Shown: piece after piece, positions 39,323 to 52,179 of the stretch
Layout: every line of letters starts with the position of its first letter
Numbering within the stretch: position 1 is the stretch's first letter
From: Octopus bimaculoides
Lineage: Eukaryota
Reading direction: 5' to 3'
Length of the DNA stretch: 64,000 bases
Assembly (NCBI RefSeq): GCF_001194135.2
Contig: NC_068989.1
Span: 5,117,576 to 5,181,575, forward strand
Translations under genes and position numbers: made by a program
The notes under the pieces: generated by a model
Told to the model about the DNA's origin: nothing
Seen by the model: the letters and a program-made list of their open reading frames with translations, nothing else
Databases searched by the model: none

Positions 39323-40274
39323 TAATTAAAAAAGCAATGATAACGGGAATTAGTGCATCCTACAGATGCCTGATGGACAAAATATAGCAAATTTGCCATC
39401 TGTTTAATTACAGCGTAATCTGTCTTGCCAATGTGGGTGTATGCGTAGGTGAATGCATATATGTGTTTGCAATGTTGTATGGATGTATATTTTGTGTGTG
39501 TGTGTGTGTGTCCTGATGCACATGTTTACTCCTGGATTCGTCTGTTGTGTGCAATTATATTTAGATAACCGCTGAACCTTGTAATTAGTCGACTAGTTTG
39601 TTAACAGAGCGAATTGTATTGTCTATCCCCAGGTTGGTCTTGAATGAACAGACATGTGACAAAAGTTGTTCCACCTGTGACCATCCCATCTTGATTCTTC
39701 TATACCTAGGACTACATTGTGCAATGTGTCCTTTCTCTATCCCTTTTGTTACCATATTTATTTCACCCTTGCTTCAATCAATTTTGAAAGCAACAAAAAA
39801 ATTTATTAAAATAATTATTAAGTTGACATTTGAATATAAATTGACCTGAAATTTTGATCGTAGTTTTTAATTTAGATTGCTTTTATCCCTTTAGTATTTA
39901 ATCTGGTTATATCCATCCCTAATATTCTACCTATGATATGTTCAAATTGGCCATAGCTGGCCTCTCTCTCCTGCCCTACAATGTCATTTTAAAAATAAAC
40001 AATTACATCATCGAAATATCAAAGCTACAAGATAATGACTGATTAATTTCTCACAGGGACACCAACTTTTCTACAGCTTGAGGCCACAGTCATCTATGCC
40101 TGCTATTTCTAGCAGTTCAAGCATGTAATATTCGATTTAAAAACAAAATTGTCTTTTTTGCATTGTTCCAAATACTAAGAAAACAGGTTCAAACCCATTT
40201 GATGTCTGGGATCTTAGATGATAAGGAACTGAACCCAATCACAAGCCAGACTAGAATTCTCTGCGTGGAATCTT

Positions 40275-40470
40275 GAAAATAGTAGAATAAGAATTCTGGA
40301 TAATTTTTCATTGATTTTTACTTAACTTTTGAGAGCAGACAGATTCAGTATTCTCGTTTGCGAGAGCAGTCAAGTTTATTTCAGATATTCTCATTTTAAA
40401 AATCTTCTCTGGCTAATTGTTGAGGTTGGTGTTGCCTTGGCGGAGGTCTGCACTCTCTGAGTGCTCTTGT
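40275..40470 (+). mobile_element. Second HINE-like copy with a different end
   Basis: TGGATAATTTTTCATTG...GCCTTGGCGGA is shared with 36455-36620; ends CCTTGGCGGAGGTCTGCACTCTCTGAGTGCTCTTGTT. Confidence 0.45.
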
Positions 40471-41399
40471 TATTTTTGTTATTACTTTGTTTTACATGAG
40501 CCAGAGACCTTAAGTTTTACTGTGGGAGTTATTAATCATTAGCAACAATGTCTTGTAGATAAAGGAAAAAGAGACCAAGTCCTGAGAATAAAAATTGTTA
40601 AATTTGTAATACACTGTATTCAGGACCACTCCAAGACAGTTGGGTGTAATTTAAAGGCGGTTTGATATTTCTAGATGGTCAAGCAACAAAATAGAGGCTC
40701 CTTTATTGGTATGATAAAGGTCAGGTTTTCAGTGGCACCTCACAGAGGTAAATGGTTTATAGAGTCTACTTAGCTGTAAGTCTCTTGTCCTAAAATTTAC
40801 GACTTACAGTGTTGAAATCCACAGGCTAGACAAAGATTTGTGGTATTTCATTTGTCCCCTTTATGCTCTTGGTTCAAATCCTACCAGGTTCAACTACGCT
40901 TTTATCAACTGTCTGAGATTGGTAGAGGAAGAAATACCAACAATATATTGGGGGTTGATTTACTGACTTTTCCCAATATTAGAATTCATGACTTTGTTCC
41001 AATATTAGAAATCATTATTATGGTTAATAGAATTATCATCATCACACATTGACTGGTACAGGCATAGCTGTGCAGTAAGAACTTTATTTCCCGACCACAT
41101 GGTTCCAGGTTCAGTCCCACAGTGTGGCATCTTGGGCAAATATTTTCTACTATAGCCACAGGTTTACGAGTTTTACGTTCAAACTAATCAGATCCAGCCT
41201 CTCACACCTACCCTACAATGTCATTCTGGATCTAAACAATCATATCATTGACATCTCAAAGCTGCAATAAATAGAATACTTGATTAATTCAAAACAATTA
41301 CTTTTGACAGAATAATATGAATGCTAAGCGGTTAATCATCATGAACCGGGGGGGGGGGGAGAAATCACTTGACCTGCTGAACATAGAAGCTAAACCTCC

Positions 41400-42141
41400 T
41401 TTGTGGCCATGCTGGAGCACTGTCTTGAGTTTAGTTGAACAAATCAACTGCTATACTTAGTTTTTAAGACTGGTACTTATTCTGTCAGTCTCTTTTGCTG
41501 AACTGCTAAGTGGAGCGGACAAAGTCAAAGACACACATACATATATATATATACATACACAAACAGGCTTCCACGCAGCTTCAGTTAACCACAAGGCATT
41601 GGTTGGCTCAGGGTTACAGAAGAAGGCTCTCATCCAAGGTGCTGTGTAGTGGGACTGAACCCAAACCATGAGAATGCAAAAGAAGCTTCTTAACCATTCA
41701 GCCATACCTGTGCCAAGCCATAGATTTTTTTAATCTTTTACTGGTTTCAGTCATTAGACTCATTCGACTGTGGCCATGCTGGGGCACTGCCTTGGATTTT
41801 TAGTTGAATGAATGGATGGACTCCAATACTTAACTTGTTTTAAAGCTTGGTACTTATTCTATCAATCTCTTTCTGCTAAACTGCTAGGTTACAGCGACAC
41901 AAACACACCAACACCGATTGTAAAGTTGTGGTGGTAGTGGTGGGGGGACAGACACACATACATATAAAGACATATGTATATATGATGGGCTTCATTCAGT
42001 TTCCATCAACCAAATCCGCCCACAAAGCTTTGATCAGCCCAAGGCTTTAGTAGAAGACATTTGCCCAGGGCACTATGCAGTGAGACTGAACCCGGAACCG
42101 TGTCATTGAGAAGAAAATCTCTTACCAAACAGCCACACCTG
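41400..42141 (-). mobile_element. Two tandem family A SINEs
   Basis: Copies at about 41400-41713 and 41735-42141, both reverse complements of 37577-37940. Confidence 0.8.
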
Positions 42142-42529
42142 AGAGAAGGAAAAGATGATGGATTATCCCATGACCATCACTTATCACTGACATTTTGTAA
42201 TGCTTCCTACTAATCTTGCTACAGAAAAACTATAAGTGGAGCTACGGAAGACAGCACGGGGAAAAGAAACGAAAAAAATTCTTGAGAAAAGAAAAACGGT
42301 AAGAAATACAGTAAAAGACACTCTTCCTTATATTACTCAAACACACATACATACACACACACACCTACACAGATACAAAGAGAGAAGTCATAAGACTGGG
42401 ATTGAGAGAGCTTCCTTTCTAAATATAGAATAATGCAATCACAAGACATTTTTAAAAAGTGAGGCAGAGAGAGTCTTCTTGCCTTGACGTTGATGTAGAA
42501 TTCCCTTACACATACACTTATATTTCTAT

Positions 42530-42572
<43 letters not shown>

Positions 42573-42684
42573 TAGATACAAAGAAGCACAATCCCATATA
42601 AATAAACACAAGCAATATCATGTGCATATCTATCTATATATGTGTGTGTGTGTCTTATTTGTATATATATATATATGTGTGTGT

Positions 42685-42725
<41 letters not shown>

Positions 42726-42933
42726 TATACATATATATGCCTTTATTCCTTTGTTTCAGTCATTTGACGGCGGTCATGCTGGAGCACGATCTTTAGTCGA
42801 ACTAATCAAACTTATTCTTTGTAAGCCTGGTACTTATTCAATCAGTCTCTTTTGCCGAACTGCTAAGTTACGGGACATAAACATACCAACATCGGTTGTC
42901 AAGCGATGGTGGGGGGGGGACAAACAGACACAA

Positions 42934-42998
<65 letters not shown>

Positions 42999-43721
42999 AT
43001 TATTATTATTAAAATTATAATTAAAGGTGTATATATGTGTATAATATACATACATACACTCACAATTATACAAATATTCATACATCTATTATCTACATAT
43101 ATGTATATGTGTTATATATAATATCGGAAATTGTGTGTGTGTGTGTAATTATTACCATCACTGTTTTCTGTCTGCTTTCCTTGTTGGCAGCAGTAGGACA
43201 GGGTGACCTGGCCTAATTCATTGTTACTGAGAGCCACTACTTCCCTTCCACTTAACTTTAGAAATGTCATTCGGTTTGATTTCTGAGGCTGAATACTCTT
43301 TTGTGGTATATACATAAAACTGACCTTGCACCCCCACAACTAACTAACTAGGACCCTGATGAACTAGTCCAGTCCATTCTGTGTTGGCATGGCAAACTGT
43401 CTAATATCCCCTGCCTCCACCAGGCATCACTGGGTCAACCAACACACCTACTCCATCTCCTCCACACTATTCCCTTGACGTTCCTATCTTTATTCCTCTC
43501 AGCCCCTGGGGCACTAAAAATGCTTCAAATATACTCCCAAAAAACTGGGTTTGCACTCTGCTAAGCAAATTTCGTTCTGCACTTATGCATAAACATACAC
43601 TGATGTACATACATTTATATATAAAATATATATATCTGTAATATAATAATATGTGACAATTATTCGGTTGCCATAATAAAACTCCGAGTTTCGGATGTCG
43701 GGGCAGAAGCTATTTGATAAA

Positions 43722-43794
<73 letters not shown>

Positions 43795-44148
43795 TACTAA
43801 GGTACTACATAAGCACCTGCTTCACTAAATATAGAAGTCAAAATACTTCTAGGTCACAGAAGAATTACAAAATGAATACAGGCAGGATAGGAAAAAAAAT
43901 TCCAGTGAACAAGAATTATGGCAAATACAGACACACAAATGCATGCATACACACACATATATGATGGGCTTCTTTCAGTTTCCGTTTACCAAATCCACTC
44001 ACACAGCTTTGGTGTGTCCAAGGCTATAGTAGAAGACACTTGCCCAAGGTGTTGCATAATGGGACTGAACCCGGAACCGTGTGGTTGGGAAGCAAGCTTC
44101 TTACCGCACAGCCACTATAATATTTTGTGTATTGTAGGAGTATAACCA

Positions 44149-44393
44149 CATGCCCATGGGCATATGGCATAGTGGTTAAGAGCGTGGGCTACTAACCCCA
44201 AGATGCCGAGTTCAATTCCAGGCAGTGACCTGAATAATAATAATAATAATAATATCGAAAAATACCTTAGGAATGAGAACCCAGGTTTGAAATTTCCCCA
44301 AGACACCTGATGAAGACTAGAGGGTATATCAGCCAAAACTTTGTTAACAACAAACAACGTGAGGACAAATATCCATCTAATGTAAATAATGTA
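44149..44393 (+). mobile_element. tRNA-headed SINE family P with Penelope-like 3' part
   Basis: A-box TGGCATAGTGG, B-box GTTCAATTCC, (AAT)n, then CTGATGAAGACTAGAGGGTATATCAGCCAAAAC. GTATAACCA occurs on both flanks (44140-44148 and 44391-44399). Confidence 0.75.
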
Positions 44394-44804
44394 TAACCAA
44401 TTTATTGTGCATGAATTTTAACAGCAAAATCTTATATGGACCCCAAAGGGCTATACGAACCCTGGTTGAGAACCACTGTTCTTATGTGTGTGATAAGAGA
44501 TGATTTACTTTTAGAACATGTCAGGTAAGGGTTAATGATAGGAAGTGAATCTGGCTGTGAAACAATGTTTCAATGATATATTCATCTAACTCATGCTAGC
44601 AAGGGTAAAATGGATGTAAAGCAAATGAACTAATACATTGCATTAAATATATGAAAAGCTTTTTGTGTGTGACTTGAACCACGGTTTTGTTAGTCATCTT
44701 GAGTGCTTATCTAGTTGCAAGCAGATGGACATTCTCTCAGCTTTCCCAAGGGAACAATGTAGATAGGATGGCTGAAGCGGGAGAGTGAGAGAGAAACACT
44801 GGAT

Positions 44805-45175
44805 TATTGCATGAATGGTTGTATGGCAAGAAGTTTGCTTCTCGATCACATGGTTCAAGGTTCAATTCCACTGTGTGGCACATTGGACAAGCGTCTTCAA
44901 CAATAGCCTTGGGCCAACCAAAGCCTTGTGAGTGGATTTGGCAGACGGAAAGTGAAAGAAGCCCATTGCATACAGATGCATGTGTGTTTGTGTCTGTCCC
45001 CTGTCACTGCTTGACGATTGGATTTAGTGTGTTTATGTCTCCATAACTTAGCAGTTCAGCAAAGGAGGCTGATAGAATAGGTACCAGGCTTATAAAAAGA
45101 ATAAATACTGGGGTTGATTCATTCAGCTAAAACATTCTTCAAGGCCACAGTCTAATGACTGAAGCAAGCAAAAGA
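44805..45175 (+). mobile_element. SINE family A, decayed full length
   Basis: Head, AAAGCCTTGTGAGTGGATTTG body and tail all recognisable. Confidence 0.75.
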
Positions 45176-46075
45176 TATGTCAGAATGCCTTTATAGATCA
45201 GCACTGACCAAGGGTTAAATAACTATTTTCTGGATTAGAAGAAACATGAGTTGCCAAATGTAAAGTGGTTCAAGTGTTTTTTTTTTATGACTGGGGTCAC
45301 AGGCAGCTGATTCACAACTGTTTGGACCAAGTCGATGTAGGCTTAGGTTACGAAGTGGTCAGGTGTTTCCTGGATTGTGTCTTTTTTTTTTTTTCCTTTG
45401 CAGTAATTGAATTCATCTGATAAGTGCAACTGGAAACCTATTTTGGCAGGTTTTATTATTCTTTAACATTTTAACTACCATCACATCTGCTTGAGTTACA
45501 GGAGATGCACAGTTCAAGTTCTACTTGCAGCTTTCCAATATTTTTTTTTTTGTGTCCAAGGTTTTTTTTTAACTTCATATATTATAAGCTATTATTCACA
45601 TGATCATGTGATCAACCAGACTATCAGATGTCCATCCAAGCAGAACGGTGATCAAAGGGGGTCATAGGTAAGAAATGGTTGAGAACCACTGATCTATGCA
45701 ATCAGCAAAATCCTTTTACTGTGGTGCTCCAGCATGGCTGTAGGTCAATGATTGAAACAAATAAAAAGATTAAAAATATAATAAAAAAACAGGCTACAAG
45801 CATATTAGCTACAACAAAAATGGTTACTATTTTTAACTATAAGTTATATATGTAAGACATACACAAGTAGAGCTAGAGGCAAAGGAAAGGAAAACAGATC
45901 CCATCTTGAGAGTAAGCTGGTAACTGATAGGTGGTTTGGTTTCTGTGGTATCAGATCTGTTATCTCTGTTTTCTGTTTTAGGGTATATTTACAAATGTTT
46001 AACATATGGTAAGAAGCTTGCTTCCCAATCAAGTGGCTTCAGGTTCAGTTCTACAACATGGCACCTCGGGCAAGT

Positions 46076-46322
46076 CGTCGTTTAATGTCCGCTTTCCATG
46101 CTAGCATGGGTTGGACGATTTGACTGAGGACTGGTGAAACCAGACGGCTACACCAGGCTCCAATCTGATTTGGCAGAGTTTCTACAGCTGGATGCCCTTC
46201 CTAACGCCAACCACTCTGAGAGTGTAGTGGGTGCTTTTACGTGCCACCGGCACAAGGGCCAGTCAGGTAGGTACTGGCAACAGCCACGCTCGAAATGGTG
46301 TATTTTACGTGCCACCTGCACA
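46076..46322 (-). mobile_element. RTE-type 3' end element nested in a family A SINE
   Basis: CGTCGTTTAATGTCCGCTTTCCATGCTAGCATGGGTTGGACG...; family A head lies to the left and family A body (AAAGCCTTGTGAGTGG) to the right. Confidence 0.75.
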
Positions 46323-46517
46323 TTTTACGTGGCTGACGAAAGCCTTGTGAGTGGATTTGTTAGATAGAAACTGTAAGGAAGCCTATTGTTTGTATGCATG
46401 CATGCATGTGTGTGGTGTGTATGTGCATGCATATGTTTGTTCCTGGTATATATGACTCCCAGCTGTGTGAGCACGAGGAAATTAGTGAATGTTTGGCAAA
46501 CTCATTGTGCTGAGTTT

Positions 46518-47166
46518 GGGGCTAAAGCAGTTTTGCACCTCTCCTTGAAAATTGCAATTTTTAAAAAAAATGTTTTAGATGTTGGAGATTACAAAAACGC
46601 AAAAGAAAAAAAAAAAAAATTAACCCCCACCCCACTACCACCAGTCTCCCTCCCCCAATTTTGAACATTTTTGAAATTTTTTTTTTTCCGTGTTTTTTAA
46701 ATGATGAATATGCAAGAAACCATGTTTTCAAAATTTTAAATTCAATAAGCATATAGATATGTGTATAAAGAGATAGATATAAATGTCTTCCTGGGGCTAA
46801 AAACAACAGTAACACCGTCTTCTGTAGGACCGTCACATTTAGGTGACAAAGATATCTTATGAATAAACGGACAGGGATAAATAGATAAATAAATAAATGG
46901 ATGAAAAAGTTCAAAATTTAAAATTGGGGGAGGGGGTGAAATTTGAGCTCCTTATTAAACTTTATAACATTAATTATTAAACATTAATGTTGGTTTCTCA
47001 TAAAATGGTGTATATTTAATTTACATTAAATTATTATTTACGATTATTTAAAGCAAACACAAGTAAAACGCAAAGTCTTTTCACTTTAATATTTGTGACA
47101 TCTAAAACAATTTGTTCAAAAAAATGCATTTTTCAAGGAGAGGAGCGAAACTGCATTAAGACCCCC
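46518..47166. mobile_element. About 650-bp TIR element (MITE/foldback-like)
   Basis: About 65-bp imperfect inverted repeats at 46518-46582 and 47098-47166 share CCTCTCCTTGAAAA and TGTTTTAGATGT; a second internal inverted pair lies at about 46645-46680 and 46905-46940. Confidence 0.65.
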
Positions 47167-47829
47167 TGGGTTCAATTCTCCCAATGTGCAATATTCCAAG
47201 AACCAAATAATATGAGAAATTATGCTGAGCAATCTATAAGAACAGCTTTTTTGGTCAGAAACTCAGAACAGTGATTATTTTACACTCAGTTTCTCAGCTT
47301 GAAACAAAACACTGTTAACATAAAACACACAAACATATATAAAATCATTGTGTTACCACCTGCTTTTTCCATGCTAGCATGGATTAGATGAAGATCATTA
47401 AGGCAGTTTTTATACAGCTGGATGCCCTTCCTGTTCTCAATTCTCAAGTAAGGCCACGACCGAGGAGATCTAGGATCAAAAATGTCCAACAAGGTTGGGG
47501 GGTCATGACTAATTTATTAATACAATAAATTTTCAATAGACCTGTGCATGTGTGTGTGTGTGTATATATACATCCATGTAAACACACCACAAAATGCTAA
47601 ATGGCTTTAAGTCCCAGAAGGCTGGAAGAATGTGGACTGCCTGCTAAGATGTAAACAGACCACCCTCAGTGTCAGGTGGGGTGCAAAGTCAAGTTTGATG
47701 GACACACAATCTCTTAAATATTACATAAAAACCGAGATTATGTGAACAATATCTGAATGTAGATATACACACACACAGACACGTACACAATCATTGATTA
47801 AATGTTAAACCAAGTAGTTTCAACAACCC

Positions 47830-47892
<63 letters not shown>

Positions 47893-47914
47893 ACACACAT
47901 TTATATATATATAA

Positions 47915-47946
<32 letters not shown>

Positions 47947-47971
47947 ATATATATATATAAACACACACATT

Positions 47972-48045
<74 letters not shown>
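47830..48045. repeat. Compound (GT)n/(TA)n/(CA)n microsatellite, representative of dozens in the window
   Basis: Direct inspection. Similar tracts at about 19185, 22805, 37230, 38210, 42540-42990, 43730 and 55985. Confidence 0.95.
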
Positions 48046-48664
48046 TAAACAGCATACAATGACAACTGAGATTCTGGAGAAAAAAATGAGCGTGTATATG
48101 TGTGAATGTATGTAATGATCACACACCACACACAAATGTTCAATATAACTTACAAATTCATTTCAATAGATGTACATAACATATACAACACACACACACA
48201 CACACAAAATACATGTATTATTTTTCTTTTGTGTGTACACACAAGATTCCCAAGAGAACATAGCCATCAACTAAATAATAATTCTGTTTTTTGCATGACA
48301 GCCATACACATATGTATGTATGTGTGTGTGTGTGTGTGTGTGTGTTGTATTGTAAAGGGCACTGTATCAAACAAAGTTCTATAAAGATCCTTAACCACCA
48401 ATTCCCATCACTATACTATCACAAAGAGGTTACCAAACACCTACTACCATCTGGTTTACAAAGGAAAGTAGGATGACGATAGATTTATTCCTTTTCATTA
48501 TTTGAGGCTTTTGGGAATTCCCAAATGTGACTTGGAGTGAGAGAAGGAAACATTAACCCTCAACCCACGTTTAATGCTTTCTTCAGGTTGATTTTTGCTC
48601 TTGATCTTCAATCTGTGTTCATGATGATCATAGTAGTAGTAATAGTAATAGTAATAGTAATAAT

Positions 48665-48888
48665 AATAATAATAATTTCTGCTGAAGGCACAAGGCCTGC
48701 ATTTTTTTGTGGGGAGGGGACTAGTCAATTATATTGGCTCGAATGTTTCACTGGTACTTAATTCATTGACCCTGAATGGATGAAAGGCAAAGTTGACCTC
48801 AGCGGAATTTGAACTGAGAACATGCAGACAGATGAAATGCCATTAAGCATTTCACCAGGCATGCTAATAATTCTGCCATCTCACCACC

Positions 48889-48923
<35 letters not shown>

Positions 48924-49120
48924 CCTTGTTACTATAGGCACAAGGCCTAAAATTTGGGGAGTGAGAAAGTCGATTACATTAACCCCAGTGTTTCACTGGT
49001 ACTTAATTTATCAATCCCAAAAGAATGAAAGGCAAAGTCAACCTCGGCGGAATTTGAACTCAGAACATAAAGGTGGACAAAATATCACAAGGCATTTGTG
49101 CTAACGATTCTGCCATCTCA
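48665..49120 (-). mobile_element. Two tandem family B SINEs separated by (AAT)n
   Basis: Copies at about 48665-48890 and 48920-49120; a further decayed copy at about 49425-49560. Confidence 0.8.
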
Positions 49121-49686
49121 ACGCTTTGAGAAGAAGGCCCATCAAGCTGAGCAAAATTACAGTCGTGGCAAATACCAGTGTCACACAAATTGACATGTAA
49201 ATGCACCCTGGTATCATGCAAATGGCACCCGTGCTGGTAGCACGTAAAAGTACTCATTACACTCTCGGAGTGGTTGGCATTAGGAAGGGCATCCAGTCGA
49301 AGAAAACCATGCCAAATCAGATTGGAGTCTGGTGCGGACCACCAGTGTGCCAGCCCAGTCAAAATATCCAACCCATGCCAGCATGGACAACAGACATATG
49401 GTGATGATGATAAATGGCTTCAAGTTTGGGAAGAAGGCCAGCAATTTGGAGGGAAGGGGCTATTTGATTACATTGAGCCTAGTGCATGACTGGTAGTTAT
49501 TTTATCAGCCCCAAAAGGATGAAAGGCAAGGTTGGCTTTGGAGGAATTTGAACTCAGAATATTAAAATGGATGAAAGGTACCTTGGACCTGGAAAACCAA
49601 GGTACCACCAACGCTCAAGCTATGTTCAGTCATCTCAAAAATATCTGGGGCTTCAAGAGCATCAGATAGAAACTGAAAGAAGCCCG

Positions 49687-49719
<33 letters not shown>

Positions 49720-49966
49720 ATGTATACCTTTGTCTTGGCATCACATGATGGTTGTAAACAAGTATCACTGTTATACATGTGAGGTTGTTTGCAGTCTTCT
49801 GTGAAAAACATATTTAGCCATGGGGAAATATTAGCTTGCTTGGAAACCAGTGAGGGTTGGTGACAGGAAGGGTACTTGACTAGAAAATCTGCTTCAACAA
49901 ATTCCAATTGATCCAAGAATAGAGAAGTGGACATTAAATGACAATTTAATATTATATTATACTATA

Positions 49967-50348
49967 GGCGCAAGAGTGGCAGTGTGGTTAGTAGTTTGCT
50001 AACCAACCACATGGTTCCGGGTTCAGTCCTACTGCCTGGCACCTTGGGTATCATCTACTACAGCCTCAGGCTGACCAAAGCCTTGTGAGTGGATTTGGTA
50101 GATGGAAACTGAAAGAAGCCTGTTGTATATATGTGTGTGAATGTGTGCGTTCCCCCACCACCACCATCGCTTGACAACTGATGCTGGTGTGTTAACGTCC
50201 TCGTAACTTAGCAGTTCGGCAAAAGAGACCAATTAAAATAAGTACTAGGCCTACATACAATAAGTCCTGGGGTCAATTTGCTCGACTAAAGGCAGTGCTC
50301 CAGCATGGCTGCAGTCAAATGACTGAAACAAGTAAAAGAATAAAAGAA
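49967..50348 (+). mobile_element. SINE family A, full length
   Basis: Colinear with 37577-37940 from head to tail. Confidence 0.85.
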
Positions 50349-50869
50349 AGAATATATATATAAATATCACATACACACATGTATGTGTGCATTCATATGT
50401 AATAGAGGCAAAAATTATCTAGTGCGTAATTTGGAGGAGAATGCCTCATTCTGGCCAATATATATTTTATTTTATTTTTCCATAGGGTCCTATCAGAAGC
50501 AACCTTAACAAAATTTTACAGCTGTAGTCCCAAGTCTGACTAACAGAGACAATGGACATTACAACCATCTCACTTTTGATCTACGTCTGTCTCCTGCTGG
50601 TTGGTCCACCTTGAAGAATCCATCTTATGGGTCTTTCTTGCAGCATTCTAATCACTTGTCCACAGAATCAGAGCTGTGACCTTTCAATGTGGAGAAGCCT
50701 TAGCCTGGAGACTCCTGGTCTCCAGGCTATGCAAACTGTCAAGTAATGTTACTCTAGAGAACCTTTCAGATGAACCCCATTTCAGCTGCTCCTTTGGCGA
50801 TCTACAATGCTTAGAACATAGACAACCAAAGAAATTTGATGTTTGTTCATTCTATAATTTCTGACTCTA

Positions 50870-51700
50870 TTGCATAGGAATGCCAAAGAGAAAGGTTTTA
50901 GTACTTAGCAAAGATGAAAGTTTCATTAAGTAAGAAGACAAGGTCCTAGTGTCCTTAAGGAAATAGCTCTGCTTAATATGCAGAGTAGGAATAATAAGTG
51001 CAAACCCCCTAAGTTGTACCCATTGTGAGCTATGGACACACAAGTGGTATATTGGAATCACAGGTAGACTAACAGAGAATATAAGCTTCACATGTGATTG
51101 ATGCAGTGGAGCAGTTCATACTATGAGCACATCAGAAATAGATTCTCTTGAATGCTCAGACGGATCACTAGTAGTTGATAAGTTTTGTTACCTAGGAGAT
51201 GTAATTAATGGGAGAGGTGACTGCTCTGGGAATGTAGCAGTCTAGGTAAGAACAGGCTGGAGAAAGTTCACGGAACTAATATTGCTGCCAGAAGCAAAAG
51301 TGGTTTCTCTCATAGTGAAGGACAGAGTATATGATGCTTGTGTTGGAACTGTGATGCTGCATGATAATGAGAAATGGACCTTGAATGCAGAAGACTTGAG
51401 AAGACTGGAAAGAAATGAAGTGTGCATGAACATAATTCAAATGTGCAGAGAGAAAAACTGGGCATAAGAGGAATCAGGTGCATGGAGCTAAAAAGAACAC
51501 TGTTGGTATAAACATGTGATGCATATGGATGAGGACAGCTGTGTAAATAAGTGTTGCTCACTAAATGTGGCTGGAATTTGTGAAAAAGAGAGAGACCCAG
51601 CAAGACATGGGATGAAGTGGGGAAGGCTGATCTCAGTACAATCAAGATGACAAAGGATTAGGATGACTGGTATTATGCAGTTCTTGAGAAGCTCTGCCCA
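50870..51700 (+). mobile_element. Decayed RTE-clade LINE: RT C-terminal region and 3' end
   Basis: Translation with stops and frameshifts: Cys-rich ...LWTHK..GITGRLTEN..FTC, then VVDKFCYLGDVI...RTGWRKF.EL...KDRVYDACVGTVMLHDNEKWTLNAEDLRRLERNE, and KTWDEV near 51600. These motifs are typical of RTE reverse transcriptases. Confidence 0.85.
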
Positions 51701-51944
51701 AGTTGGCAAAACTAAGTCCTGGAAGTGCTCTGTAAATGTGTATACATGCAGTACTGGGCCCTTTGCCCAATTCCTTCTGCAAGACACTTCATGAACCATC
51801 ATCTCTTTAACTGCAGCTTTTCCTTGATATCATTAATCCCTCCTACTGCCTGGAGCCATTCCTCTCAATATCCATCCTTTGTCCTAATACTTTCCTCTTC
51901 ACCCACATTTTACACTGATCACCTCCTCTACTGAGCTACTAAAA

Positions 51945-52148
51945 TGGTTCCGAGTTCAGTCCCACTGCATGGCACCTTGGGCAAGTGTCTTCTACTATAG
52001 CCTCGGGCCGACCAAAGCCTTGTGATTGGATTTGGTAGATGGAAACTGAAAGAAGCCTGTCATATATATGCCCTCGTGTTGTTTTTTGTTTGTTTTTCGT
52101 TTATANNNNNNNNNNNNNNNNNNNNNNNNNNNNNNNNNNNNNNNNNNN

Positions 52149-52179
<31 letters not shown>

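Noticed and set aside
43355-43410. CTGATGA motif as another hammerhead
   Set aside because: No stem II followed by GAAA.
44158-44225. Possible tRNA genes at SINE heads (also about 61611, 30905 and 21041)
   Set aside because: They have A and B boxes but no complete cloverleaf or acceptor stem, and they run into SINE bodies.
47885-48000. About 70-bp duplication within a (TA)n tract
   Set aside because: Ordinary microsatellite slippage or assembly uncertainty.
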